From positions 38,641-102,640 of the forward strand of contig DASYEQ010000116.1 in NCBI GenBank assembly GCA_036498945.1: a DNA stretch of 64,000 nt. Reading direction: 5' to 3'. Source of the DNA: Burkholderiales bacterium. Lineage in GTDB: Bacteria > Pseudomonadota > Gammaproteobacteria > Burkholderiales > JAEUOS01. Of the stretch, positions 40,083 to 51,258 are shown one piece after another; the stretch's first letter is position 1, and each line of letters starts with the position of its first letter. A model generated the notes under the pieces. It ran no database searches, was not told the origin of the DNA, and saw nothing but the letters and a program-made list of their open reading frames with translations. Position numbers and translations under genes: made by a program.

Positions 40083-40110
40083 ACCGCTGTTTTCAGCGGT
40101 CTTTTTGTTG
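40083..40110 (+). terminator. intrinsic terminator-like hairpin ACCGCT-gttttca-AGCGGT followed by CTTTTTGTT
   Basis: Read from the sequence; sits in a 1-kb AT-rich divergent intergenic region 150 nt upstream of the aminotransferase start and right after a 3-codon ORF (ATGAAGAGCTAA). Confidence 0.5.
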
Positions 40111-40260
40111 CCCGCCGCTAAGCCGCCTGAACCCAGGGCGCGCCCGATCAACAGGGTAAGCGGGCTGGCCGGCGCTTTTCGAAGTTGAATCAAAAGACGA
40201 TTGAATGCGCACAGGCCTGGGGCAGATTTCTTCGCTTTTCGCCAGCACACAGGACCGATC

Positions 40261-41517
40261 ATGACCACCGCTTACGCACCGCAGAAAAAAATCTCGTCTT
40301 TCCATCCGCCGCAGCGCACCCTGCTGGGTCCCGGCCCTTCCGAGATCAACCCGCGCGTGCTGGCCGCCTCTTCCCTGCCCGCCATCGGCTACCTCGACCC
40401 GATCTTTGTCGAGATGATGGATGAGCTCAAGCAACTCCTGCGCTACGTCTACCAGACCAACAACCAGCTGACCTTCCCGCTCTCCGGCCCCGGCTCGGTG
40501 GGCATGGAGTCGTGCTTTGTCAACATGGTGGAGCCCGGCGAAAAAGTCGTCGTGATGAAGAATGGCGTGTTCGGCGGCCGCATGGTCGAGAACGTCGACC
40601 GCGTCGGCGGCAAGTCGGTGGTGATCGAAGACCAGTGGGGCGAGCCTTGCGACCCGCAAAAACTCGAAGACACGCTGAAGAAGAATCCCGACACCAAGGT
40701 CGTCTCCTTCATCCACGCCGAGACCTCGACCGGCGCGCAGTCCGACGCCAAGACCCTCACCGCCATCGCCCACAAGTACGGCGCGCTGGTGATCTGCGAC
40801 GCCGTCACCTCGCTGGCCGGTACCCCGGTCAAGACCGACGAGTGGGAACTGGATGCCGTCTACTCCGGCTCGCAAAAGTGCATCTCCTGCGTGCCCGGCC
40901 TGTCGCCGGTTTCGTACAGCGAGCGCGTGATCGAAAAAGTGAAGCTGCGCAAGGACAAGAACCGCGTGCAAAGCTGGTTCATGGACCTGAACCTGGTGCT
41001 CGGCTACTGGGGCGAGACCACCCGCACCTATCACCACACCGCGCCGATCAACAGCCTGTTCGCCCTGCATGAATCGCTGCTGCTGCTGAAGGAAGAAGGC
41101 CTGGAAAATTCCTGGGCGCGCCACATGCGCCACCACCTGGCGCTGAAGGCCGGCATGGAAGCCATGGGCCTGAAGTTCCTGGTGAAGGAACAGTATCGCC
41201 TGCCGCAGATGAACGCCATCATGATCCCCGAGAGCATCGCCGCGCGCGAAGGCGAAGTGCGCAAGACCCTGCTCAACGAGTTCAACATCGAAATCGGCGC
41301 CGGTCTCGGGCCTCTCGCCGGCAAGATCTGGCGCATCGGCATGATGGGCTACTCCAGCAAGCCGGAGAACGTGATGCTGTGCCTGTCCGCGCTGGGCTCG
41401 GTGCTGGCCGACATGGGCCAGCCGGTCAAGGTGGGCGAGGCCGAAGCCGCCGCCCACTCCGCTTACGCTTCGATGCACGCCTCGGCCGCCCAGGCCAAGC
41501 TGCGCGCCGCGGCGTAA
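40261..41517 (+). CDS. class V aminotransferase (serine-glyoxylate / alanine-glyoxylate aminotransferase family)
   Basis: MTTAYAPQKK...; PLP fold with SGSQKC lysine motif. Confidence 0.85.
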   Translation: MTTAYAPQKKISSFHPPQRTLLGPGPSEINPRVLAASSLPAIGYLDPIFVEMMDELKQLLRYVYQTNNQLTFPLSGPGSVGMESCFVNMVEPGEKVVVMKNGVFGGRMVENVDRVGGKSVVIEDQWGEPCDPQKLEDTLKKNPDTKVVSFIHAETSTGAQSDAKTLTAIAHKYGALVICDAVTSLAGTPVKTDEWELDAVYSGSQKCISCVPGLSPVSYSERVIEKVKLRKDKNRVQSWFMDLNLVLGYWGETTRTYHHTAPINSLFALHESLLLLKEEGLENSWARHMRHHLALKAGMEAMGLKFLVKEQYRLPQMNAIMIPESIAAREGEVRKTLLNEFNIEIGAGLGPLAGKIWRIGMMGYSSKPENVMLCLSALGSVLADMGQPVKVGEAEAAAHSAYASMHASAAQAKLRAAA

Positions 41518-41546
41518 GTTAACGCAGGCACGGTCAAGGGGAGCCG

Positions 41547-42482
41547 ATGTCCAACCAGGATACGACGCTGGACTTGTCGATACACGACAGGCCGGCGCCG
41601 GTTGCCGCGGTACTGTTTGCCGACATCGCCGGCTCGACCAAGCTTTACGATATCCTGGGCGACACGCGCGCCAAGCAACTGATCGACGAAACGCTCTCGG
41701 AACTGCGCGCGGCCACCGCGCGCTTCCAGGGGCGGGTGATCAAGACCATCGGCGACGAGATCATGTGCGTGTTCCGCGACGCCGAGCGCGGCATGCTGGC
41801 CGCCTGCGACATGCAGACCCGCGTCAATGCCCTGCCGATCGTCGACGGCGTCAAGCGCCTGATCCGCGTCGGCTTTCATTACGGCGCAGTAATCGAGGAA
41901 AAGGGCGACGTGTTCGGCGACACGGTGAACGTCGCCGCGCGCATGTCCGGTGTCGCCAAGGGCCTGCAGATCATGACCAGCCGCGCCACCGCCGACATGT
42001 TGCCCGGCCCCATGCGCGCCTCGGTGCGCCCGATCGCCACCGTGGCGGTCAAGGGCAAGGACGACATGCAGGTCTGCGAGGTGATCTGGCAGAGCGACGA
42101 CGACCTCACGATGACGGTCGATTCGCTGCATTCCAGCCGGCCCGCCGCCGCCTCCAATGCCGAAGTGGCCCTGATGCACAATGGCCGCGAGCTGGTGCTG
42201 TCAGGCTTGCTGCCCGCCGCCACCTTCGGCCGCGGCGTCGACAACACCTTCGTCATCGGCGACCTCAAGGCCTCGCGCAATCACGCGCGCATCGAGAAGC
42301 GTCGCGACAAATTCTTTTTGATCGACCAGAGCACCAACGGCACCTTCGTCACCGTCAAGGGAGAGGCGGAGATGGAACTGCATCGCGAGGAAGCGATGCT
42401 GCGCGGCACCGGCATGATCCTGTTCGGCCACAGCGCGGCGGAATCGGCCGAAGAGACGGTGCAGTTCGTGGTACGCGGCTAA
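41547..42482 (+). CDS. class-III adenylate/guanylate cyclase domain fused to a C-terminal FHA domain
   Basis: VLFADIAGST and KTIGDEIMCVF metal-binding motifs, GDTVNVAARM; C-terminal FHA-like GRGVDNTFVIGDLKASRNHARIEKRRDKFFLIDQSTNGTFV. Confidence 0.8.
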   Translation: MSNQDTTLDLSIHDRPAPVAAVLFADIAGSTKLYDILGDTRAKQLIDETLSELRAATARFQGRVIKTIGDEIMCVFRDAERGMLAACDMQTRVNALPIVDGVKRLIRVGFHYGAVIEEKGDVFGDTVNVAARMSGVAKGLQIMTSRATADMLPGPMRASVRPIATVAVKGKDDMQVCEVIWQSDDDLTMTVDSLHSSRPAAASNAEVALMHNGRELVLSGLLPAATFGRGVDNTFVIGDLKASRNHARIEKRRDKFFLIDQSTNGTFVTVKGEAEMELHREEAMLRGTGMILFGHSAAESAEETVQFVVRG

Positions 42483-42539
42483 GCCGCGCCGCGCGCAGCG
42501 CGGCGGCAGTGAGTCAAATGCGCGGGATGCTGCCGGCAA

Positions 42540-43043
42540 TCATTCGCCGGCCTGCACCTCGGCAAGGGTGCGCATCTGGAATTTGCCGTCGCGGCGGAAC
42601 AGCCAGGATTCGAGGTATTCGACATGGCCGCGGCGCAGCACGGCGTGAGTCGGTTTGGGCAGGGGCGCGGCGCGTTTCAGGCTCGCCAGGGCGGCGGCGC
42701 GGGTAACCGGGTCGCCGTTGTCGCGAAAGATGCGGGCGCCGATAAGGTCGCCTTTTTCATCGATGATCACGCTGAGCACGACGATGGAACGCAACAGCGG
42801 TGGCGGCTGGCCGGTAAACACCTGTTCGGCGTTGGCGGCATACACGCGCCTGGCGACGTCGACCTTATAGCCGGCCAGGCTGCTGGCATTGGAAGGCTGC
42901 GCCGGCACGGACGCCACCGGCGGCGGGATCACCAATACCGGGGGCTGCGCCTCCGTGGCCGGTGGCGCCTTGTGCGCGCAGGCCGCCAACAGAAGCGTCA
43001 GGGGGAAAAGGCGCAGGGCGCGCGAGGGGGGGAGAAGAATCAT
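42540..43043 (-). CDS. lipoprotein with a TonB-C-terminal-like domain
   Basis: MILLPPSRALRLFPLTLLLAACA lipobox, Pro-rich linker, then RSIVVLSVIIDEKGDLIGARIFRDNGDPVTRAAALASLKRAAPLPKP. Confidence 0.6.
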   Translation of the reverse strand: MILLPPSRALRLFPLTLLLAACAHKAPPATEAQPPVLVIPPPVASVPAQPSNASSLAGYKVDVARRVYAANAEQVFTGQPPPLLRSIVVLSVIIDEKGDLIGARIFRDNGDPVTRAAALASLKRAAPLPKPTHAVLRRGHVEYLESWLFRRDGKFQMRTLAEVQAGE

Positions 43044-43300
43044 GGGGGGCTGGGCGGTTTGTCTCGATGCGATTCGCGTCTTGCGGCGGCGCCGCTGCAT
43101 GGGCCGCGCTGCCTATGCCACATTGGAGCGTTGCCGTCCGGAAACGTTCCTCGCCCTCTTCACCAAAAGTGATCCGTCCCCGCGTCTTGTCCTACATGAT
43201 CGCGGCCTGATGACAGCGTCACGGCCACCTGTTGCATGCGTGCAAATTAGTGCATGCGAAACGCGACAAGTCGCAGGCTCTGTGTAAATATCCAGCCACC

Positions 43301-46300
43301 ATGTCCGTGGAAAACGCTACATCCCTTCCAAGCACGGCGAGCACGGCCGCCAATGCGCGCGCCGAATTGTCGGAGGAACTCAAGCGCCAGGCGCTGGAAT
43401 TTTCGCAGCGCACCATCGTCAAGCGCAGCGAGGCGATCAATCTCGCCAAGGCGCACCAGGAGGAATTGCGCCTGGCCATCCTCGCCGAAGCGCAGGCGCG
43501 GCGCGCCAAGGAAATCGCCCGCACCCGCGCCGAAAAGGCGATGAGCGAGCAGGCCTCCCTCGAAGAGGAAGCCCGGCGTGCCGAGGAGATCCTCGGTCAC
43601 ATCCGCATCCAGCTCGACGACACCTTGAAGGCGATCGCCGGCGCCGACGGCGAGCTCGATCTCGCCACCACCAGCCGCGATGCCGGCACCCCCGACGAGG
43701 GGCAGGTGAACGGCCTCAAGGGCGAGATCGCGCAACTGCGCGAACGCCGCGACAACCTGGTGGCCGAACGCAACGCGCTGGCGCGCACCATCGAGGAAGC
43801 CGAAGCAGGCCTGGATGGCGCGCGCGTGCGCAACCTGCAACTGGAAGCGCAGGCCAGCGACGCCGAAGTGCAGTCCAGAACGGCGCAGGAAAAGCTGGCG
43901 CAAGCGCGCGTCGCCCTGACCCAGGCGCAAAGCGAACTGGATAACCTGCGCACCGCCACCGCCGCCGTCACCAGCCAGACCGACGAGGCGCGCCCCGCCC
44001 TGGGGCTGACGCAAACCATGCAGGTGCTGGCCGCGAACTTCAAGCCGGAAGACGGCGCCGAGCCTGGCGTCGCCACCGCTGCGACGATCGACAACACCCG
44101 CCTGGCCGAAGACCAGGCCAATGCCGAACGCCAGGCCACGCTGGACGCTTCGCGCCGCCTGGAAACCGCGATCCGCGCGCGCCTGGCGGCCGAGCAACGC
44201 TCGCAGCGCGAGGCGCAGTCGCTGGCGCGCGTCGAGGCCGAGGTGGAAAAGGTCGCCGAGGCGCGGCGCATGATCGCCGAGGAATTGAAGCGCGAAGTGG
44301 AGCGCCGCGGCGAACTGGACCTGCAGCTTGATGCCGCCCGCACCCAGCGCATCGAACTCGATGCCCAGTTGCGCGAGGTCGCAGAGCGCCAGACCGGCGC
44401 GCGGCGCGACGCCGATACCGCGCGCACGCAGATGCGCGCGGCCGAGGAGGAATTGACGCGCCTGCGCGGCGAAAGCGCACGCAGCGAGAACGAGTTGTCC
44501 GCGCGTCGCCGCGAGGCCGAGCAGCTGAAACAGGACCTGGCCAACGCCCTGTCGCTGGTCGGCTCCTACGCCGCCGACCTGAAGCGCGAAAAGGAAGCTG
44601 CCGCCGGCATCGAACAGGAACTGGCGCAGGCGCGCGCCCGGCGCACGCAGGCTGAAAGCCTGCTCGCCCCCGAGCGCGCCGCCGCCGAACGGGCCGAGCA
44701 AGGCAGCGCCGAAACCCGTGCCCGCCTGCAGGAACAGGCTGCCGCCGCGCAAGCCGCCGCCCGCCAGGCCGAGCAGGCGCTCGCGCGGCAGCGCGAGCTG
44801 GTAACCAAGGCCGAAGCCGAACTGGCGGCGGAAGAGGTGCGTGCCGAGCGCGCCAAGCATGAACTGGCCGACCTGCTGTCGCGCGCCAGCGCCCTGGAAG
44901 CCGACCTGAAAAGCGAGAAGGTGGCGCTGCGCACCGGCGAAAGCGAGCTGGCGCGCGTGCGCACCGAAGCGCAAGCGCTGGAACGCGCGCTGCTCGCCCA
45001 GCGCACCCAGGCGAGCCAGTTCGAAAGCAGTGCCGCGACCGAAAAGCGCGTGCAGGAAACGCACAAGGCCGCCGCGCTCACCGCAGCCGAAGCCGCGCGC
45101 GCCGAACTGGCGAAATTGCGCGAGCAGGAACAAGGCACGCAGGAGGAACTGGGGCGCCAGCGCCGCCGCGCCGAGCAGATGAAGCAGGACCTGGCCGAAG
45201 TGCTGTCGCGCACCTCGTCCTTCGAAACGGATTTGCAGCGCGAGCAGGCCGCCGTCGGCGCCGCGCAAACCGAATTCGACCGCGCCCGCGCGCGCCGCGC
45301 CGAACTTGAACAAAACCTCGCTACCGAACAGGCGCGCGCCGACATCGCGGCCGGCGAAGCGGAGGCCGCACGCAATGACGGCGAGAATGCCCGCCGCGCC
45401 AGGGCCGGCCATGAAGCCGCCCTGGCCGAGACCGAACTAGCGGTCACCGAACTGGAAGGCCGCCTGGCGCTGATCGACAGCGCCCGCAAGCAACGCGAAA
45501 CCCATCTGGCCGCCGCCGTCGAGCAGATCGCCGAGCTGGTGCACCAGGCGCGCCAGCACGCCGAAGCGCACGCCGCCGAACGCGAGCGCCTCGACGCGCT
45601 ACGCGCGCAGCGCGAGGAGACCGGGCGCCAAGCCGAGGAGGAGCGCGGCGCGCAGGCGCGCCTGGCGGATGCCGTCGCGGAGGCGCGCGCCGCCTCCCAG
45701 GCTCTGGAAGCCGAGACGCAGGCCGAACGCGCGCGCGGCGACGAGTTGCGGGCGCGGCGCGACGAAGTGCGCACCCAGGCAGCGGAAGCGCGCGCCGAAT
45801 GCAGCCACGAGGAAGTGGCGCTGCGCGACGCCCATGCGGCCCTGCGCGGCCTGCGCGATTCGTCGCAGCGCCAGCGCGAGCTGGTGTCGCGCTCGCGCGA
45901 CGAACGCCTCGAAAGCGAGGAGATGGCGCGCGCCGAGCGGCTGCGCCACGCCGGCATCCGCGCCGCCGCCGCCGAATTGCAGGCGGCGATCCGCGAAGAA
46001 CAGCAGCTTCTGGCGCCGCTGGCCGAGGAGTTGCGCACTGCGCGCGCGCACCGCGACAACAACCGCGAGCGCCTGGAGGCGGCGCGGGCGGCGGCGCAAT
46101 CCGCGCTCGCCAGCTGGCAGGGCGAGCAGCTGAATGCCGACAAGCTGGAACGCGCCGCCGAGCGCGAGCGCGACGCCCGCGAGCATCACGAAACCCTGCT
46201 GCAACTGACGCGCAGCGAGCGCATCGCCCTGGAGTCCGACCTGCGCGAAGCGCGCGTGGCCGCGGCCCGGCAGCAGGCGCAACTGGCGGAAGCGCGTGCG

Positions 46301-48340
46301 CAGGTGGCCCACGTGACGGCGCAGGCACGCGGCTTGCCGGTACCCAACCTCGAACCCCTGCAGGCCGAACGCGCCCGCCTCGAGCAAAAGCACGCCGAAC
46401 TGGAGCAGACGCTGGAAGGTCTGAACCAGTCGATTGCCGCCTCCTCGCAGGCCATCGCCGCCGCCCGCGCCCGCGCCACCGACCTGCGGCGCGACGAAGG
46501 CCTGGTGCGCGAAGCCCTGCAGGAGGCCGAATCGGAGTTCGAGACCGCGCGCGAGGCGCGGGACGGCCGCCTTGCCACCATCACCACCGAGCGGGACGGT
46601 GCGCGCGCCGACGTCGATGCCGCCGAGGCCGAACTCGCGGCCTTGCGCGCACGCATCGACGCGGCGCGCCAGGCGCTGGGCCGCGAACACGCGGTGGAAG
46701 AATCGCGCCACACCGAATTGCGCGCCGCGCTACAAGCCTTGCAGGCGCAGCGCGACGACCTCGAACGGCAGGCCGCGCAGGCGCGCCTGGACCTGGGGCA
46801 GGCGCAAGCCGCACAGCAGGAAACGCAGGCACGCCAGCAGGCGACACAGGAAACCCGCGCTGCCGATGAAAGACGGCTGGGCGAAAGCGCCGCCGAGGAA
46901 CTCGCCGTGCGCGCCCGCCTGACCGCGGCGCAAGCCGCGCTGGATGAATTGCGCGTGCAAAGCGAAATTACCGCCAGCGCCCAGCGTGAAGAAGAGACGC
47001 GCGCCCAGGCCGCGCGCGAGCGGGCCGTGTTGCAACTGCAAGCCCTGCAGGCGGAGCGTGAAACACTGGAACGGCAGGCCGCCGAGACACGCGCGGCGCT
47101 GGCGCAGGCCGAAGGCGAGACGCGGGAAAATCGCGCGCAGCTGGAAGGCGCGCGCGCCACCGGGATGCAGGGCCTGGCCGACGAACAGGCCACGCAGGCG
47201 CGCCTGCAACAGGAATTCGAAGCTGCGCGCGCCGGCGCCGCCGGGCTTCTGGAACGCCTCAATCGCGAGACCGCCGCCCATGCCTCGCGGCAGGCGGCGC
47301 TGGAGGCCTTGCACGGGCGGCAGGCGCAACTGGAACAGGAAATCGCCGCCGCGCAGGCGCGCAACGCGGAACTGGAGGCGCGGAACGCGCAACTCGCCGT
47401 GGCCGCCGCGGATTTCACGCCGTACCACCAAAGCCATGCCGAGGCCGCAGCCGCGCGCGTCGCCGAAGCCGCCTTGCGCGCCGACGCGCTGGCAAGCGCG
47501 GCGACACTGGACGGCTTGCGCAGCACCCAGGCGGCGCTGGACGAGGAAGCGCGCGAACTGCGCGCACAGCAGGTGCACGCGTACGCCGAAGCCCAGACGC
47601 AGGCAGCCTTGCAGGCGGGGCTGGACGAGCAGCGCGTATTCGATGCGCGCGCGGCGCAGGAAGCGCTCGCCGCGGAACACAACGAGGTGCTGCGGCAGAC
47701 CCGCGATTTGCAGCAGCAGCGCGACAGGGCCACGGCGGCGCTGGATGAATTGCGCGCGGCGCTGGCGGTGGTCGAAACGCAGGCCCAACAGGCGCATGAG
47801 GCGCGAGAAAGCGCGCAAGCCGGCCACCGCGAAGCGCTGGAGGACCTGGAGCGCCACCAGGCCGCCGCCGCGCAGGCGCTGGAACGAGCAGAGAAGCTGA
47901 CGCAGCAGGCCGACGACGCGAAAGCCGCGCACGAAAGCGCGCGCGAGCGCCTGCGCAACGTGCAGCAGCAGAATGCACAACTGGAAAACGACCGCATTCG
48001 CACGCTGGCCGAGATCAAGGCGACCAAGGCGAAAATGCGCGATGCCGAGCGCGAATCGGCGCAGCTCCAGCAAACACGGACCGGACGCGGCAAGGGCCGC
48101 TGGTGGGGCGCGGCGGCGGGCGCCGCCTTTGCCGCGACGGCGGTGGCGATGTACGTGATGCCGCGCTATTGGCCGCCGCAAGGCGCGGTAACCCAATCGG
48201 CGCCGGCAACTGCGAAGGCGCCGGCGGCAACGCCGCCCAAGGTGGCCGCGACGCCACTCTACCCGGACGACCGCAACGCCAGGCGCGACCTCAACCTGAG
48301 CTACGAGCTCGGCGACAAGGCGTCGCCTGCCAAACCCTAG
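43301..48340 (+). CDS. giant (1679 aa) Ala/Glu/Arg/Gln/Leu-rich coiled-coil protein with a single C-terminal TM anchor and a short extracytoplasmic tail
   Basis: One stop-free 5-kb frame with heptad-like periodicity and internal ~200-aa repeats (RRREAEQLKQDLANALSLVGSYAADLKREKEAA against RRRAEQMKQDLAEVLSRTSSFETDLQREQAAV); C-terminal WWGAAAGAAFAATAVAMYVM TM segment. The antisense frames are also open, but only because of the codon composition. Confidence 0.7.
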   Translation: MSVENATSLPSTASTAANARAELSEELKRQALEFSQRTIVKRSEAINLAKAHQEELRLAILAEAQARRAKEIARTRAEKAMSEQASLEEEARRAEEILGHIRIQLDDTLKAIAGADGELDLATTSRDAGTPDEGQVNGLKGEIAQLRERRDNLVAERNALARTIEEAEAGLDGARVRNLQLEAQASDAEVQSRTAQEKLAQARVALTQAQSELDNLRTATAAVTSQTDEARPALGLTQTMQVLAANFKPEDGAEPGVATAATIDNTRLAEDQANAERQATLDASRRLETAIRARLAAEQRSQREAQSLARVEAEVEKVAEARRMIAEELKREVERRGELDLQLDAARTQRIELDAQLREVAERQTGARRDADTARTQMRAAEEELTRLRGESARSENELSARRREAEQLKQDLANALSLVGSYAADLKREKEAAAGIEQELAQARARRTQAESLLAPERAAAERAEQGSAETRARLQEQAAAAQAAARQAEQALARQRELVTKAEAELAAEEVRAERAKHELADLLSRASALEADLKSEKVALRTGESELARVRTEAQALERALLAQRTQASQFESSAATEKRVQETHKAAALTAAEAARAELAKLREQEQGTQEELGRQRRRAEQMKQDLAEVLSRTSSFETDLQREQAAVGAAQTEFDRARARRAELEQNLATEQARADIAAGEAEAARNDGENARRARAGHEAALAETELAVTELEGRLALIDSARKQRETHLAAAVEQIAELVHQARQHAEAHAAERERLDALRAQREETGRQAEEERGAQARLADAVAEARAASQALEAETQAERARGDELRARRDEVRTQAAEARAECSHEEVALRDAHAALRGLRDSSQRQRELVSRSRDERLESEEMARAERLRHAGIRAAAAELQAAIREEQQLLAPLAEELRTARAHRDNNRERLEAARAAAQSALASWQGEQLNADKLERAAERERDAREHHETLLQLTRSERIALESDLREARVAAARQQAQLAEARAQVAHVTAQARGLPVPNLEPLQAERARLEQKHAELEQTLEGLNQSIAASSQAIAAARARATDLRRDEGLVREALQEAESEFETAREARDGRLATITTERDGARADVDAAEAELAALRARIDAARQALGREHAVEESRHTELRAALQALQAQRDDLERQAAQARLDLGQAQAAQQETQARQQATQETRAADERRLGESAAEELAVRARLTAAQAALDELRVQSEITASAQREEETRAQAARERAVLQLQALQAERETLERQAAETRAALAQAEGETRENRAQLEGARATGMQGLADEQATQARLQQEFEAARAGAAGLLERLNRETAAHASRQAALEALHGRQAQLEQEIAAAQARNAELEARNAQLAVAAADFTPYHQSHAEAAAARVAEAALRADALASAATLDGLRSTQAALDEEARELRAQQVHAYAEAQTQAALQAGLDEQRVFDARAAQEALAAEHNEVLRQTRDLQQQRDRATAALDELRAALAVVETQAQQAHEARESAQAGHREALEDLERHQAAAAQALERAEKLTQQADDAKAAHESARERLRNVQQQNAQLENDRIRTLAEIKATKAKMRDAERESAQLQQTRTGRGKGRWWGAAAGAAFAATAVAMYVMPRYWPPQGAVTQSAPATAKAPAATPPKVAATPLYPDDRNARRDLNLSYELGDKASPAKP

Positions 48341-48431
48341 TACCCGCCAGCCCCGCTGTGCGCGTCACTTCACCACGGTTCCCCACGTACGAAACGCGGG
48401 GATGCCATGAGCCTGGGGCTTCCCGGAAATC

Positions 48432-49268
48432 CTACAGCCCGAGGCGCTGCCAGATGGTGGTCGAAAGCCCCGCCATGTTGAGCGTGTAGAAGTGCAGCCC
48501 GGGCGCGCCTTGCGACAGCAGGCGGTCGCAAAGCGCTGTCACCACGTCGAGGCCGAAGGAGCGGATCGATGCGCGGTCGTCGCCGAAGGATTGCAGCTTC
48601 AGGCGCATCCAGCGCGGAATCTCGGCGCCGCAGGCATCCGAGAAGCGCGCCAGCTGGGTGAAGCTGGCGATCGGCATGATGCCGGGGACGATCGGCACTT
48701 CAATCTTCATTGCCTCGCATTCGTCGATGAAACGGAAATAGGCGTCGGCGTTGTAGAAGTATTGCGTGATCGCCGCGCTGGCGCCGGCATCGACCTTGCG
48801 CTTGAAGGCGAGCAGGTCGTCTTGCGGCGACTTCGCCTGCGGGTGCATCTCCGGGTAACAGGCACACTCGATGTGGAACCAGTCGCCGGTGCTCTGGCGC
48901 ACGAATTCGATCAGCTCGCTGGCGTAGCGGAAATCGCCGAACTCCAGCGTGCCGGAAGGAATATCGCCGCGCAGCGCCACCAGGTGGCGGATGCCGTGAC
49001 TCTTGTACTGTTCGAGGATGGCGCGGATGTTGTCGCGCGTGCTGCCGATGCAGGTGAGGTGCGGTGCCGCTTCGAAACCGTCCTTCTGTATCTCCAGCAC
49101 AGTAGATAGCGTGCCGTCGCGGGTCGAGCCGCCGGCACCGAAGGTTACCGAGAAGAAGCGCGGCTTCAGCTGCTCCAGCTGGCGACGCACGCCGAGCAGC
49201 TTTTGCGCTCCCTCCGGCGTCTTGGTGGGAAAGAATTCGAAAGAGAAATTACGTTCGGAAGAATTCAT
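48432..49268 (-). CDS. metF: 5,10-methylenetetrahydrofolate reductase
   Basis: MNSSERNFSFEFFPTKTPEG...HLVALRGD...; start ATG 49268. Confidence 0.9.
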   Translation of the reverse strand: MNSSERNFSFEFFPTKTPEGAQKLLGVRRQLEQLKPRFFSVTFGAGGSTRDGTLSTVLEIQKDGFEAAPHLTCIGSTRDNIRAILEQYKSHGIRHLVALRGDIPSGTLEFGDFRYASELIEFVRQSTGDWFHIECACYPEMHPQAKSPQDDLLAFKRKVDAGASAAITQYFYNADAYFRFIDECEAMKIEVPIVPGIMPIASFTQLARFSDACGAEIPRWMRLKLQSFGDDRASIRSFGLDVVTALCDRLLSQGAPGLHFYTLNMAGLSTTIWQRLGL

Positions 49269-49272
49269 GCTT

Positions 49273-49632
49273 CTAGAGGTCGGACCGCGACTGCTTCGAG
49301 GGCAGCAGGGTCGACAACGCCCATGAAAAAACACTGTAGAGAATGGCGCCCAGCAGGCCATACCAGAAGTCGGCCACCGTAAAGCCCTTGAGCACCGAAC
49401 CGACGAACCAGAACAGCACGCCGTTGATCACCAGGATGAACAACCCGAGCGTGACGACGGTGATCGGCAACGTCAGCAGCACCAGCACCGGGCGTATCAG
49501 GGTGTTGACCAACCCCAGGACCAGCGCCGCCACCAGCGCCGAGGTGAAGCCGTCAACCTTGATTCCCGGCAGCAGATAGGCGACCGCGATCAGGGCCATG
49601 CCGTTGAAGATCCACATCAGCAGCCAGCGCAT
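49273..49632 (-). CDS. phage-holin-family (4-TM) small membrane protein conserved between ahcY and metF
   Basis: MRWLLMWIFNGMALIAVAYLLPGI...; hydrophobic, 119 aa; 4-nt gap to metF. Confidence 0.7.
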   Translation of the reverse strand: MRWLLMWIFNGMALIAVAYLLPGIKVDGFTSALVAALVLGLVNTLIRPVLVLLTLPITVVTLGLFILVINGVLFWFVGSVLKGFTVADFWYGLLGAILYSVFSWALSTLLPSKQSRSDL

Positions 49633-49686
49633 GCGCTTCTCCTCAAGTTGCGCGGAGGCGCGCAACGGCGCGCCTCCGCTACCGGC

Positions 49687-51123
<1,437 letters not shown>

Positions 51124-51185
51124 CTCGCGCCCTCCTTTCATAAAAGAAAAAAGAAGTGGGCGAGCGCAGTTGTCGAAACCCCGGC

Positions 51186-51258
51186 AGAACACGGAGCGCT
51201 TCGAGCCTGACGGTGTTGGGTTACGAAAACCCGCCGCTGCAACGCTCCTCGAAGAGCC
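51186..51258 (-). ncRNA. SAH (S-adenosylhomocysteine) riboswitch-like element in the ahcY 5' leader
   Basis: The minus-strand leader reads CUUCGAGGAGCGUUGCAGCGG...CGUCAGGCUCGAAGCGCUCC: a P1 stem (CUUCGAG/CUCGAAG), the conserved GAGGAGCG and CAGGCUCG boxes, and a pseudoknot partner CGCUCC. This is matched from my memory of the consensus, not from a model search. Confidence 0.65.

Noticed and set aside
27144-42482. Pycsar-like (pyrimidine cyclase) antiphage system hypothesis for the two cyclase-domain genes
   Set aside because: Neither cyclase has a downstream same-strand effector with TM or TIR domains. One is convergent with a histidine kinase; the other is fused to FHA. The adjacent genes are on opposite strands.
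43247-48257. Very long antisense and off-frame ORFs (for example 43247..45412, 44566..46143, 46186..48093, 46730..48196) overlapping the giant gene
   Set aside because: They translate to Ala/Arg/Gly/Ser-rich junk. They are open only because the sense strand is made of GAG/GCG/CGC/CAG/CTG-type codons, whose complements contain no stops. The + strand frame has coiled-coil heptad logic and a single continuous 5-kb reading frame.
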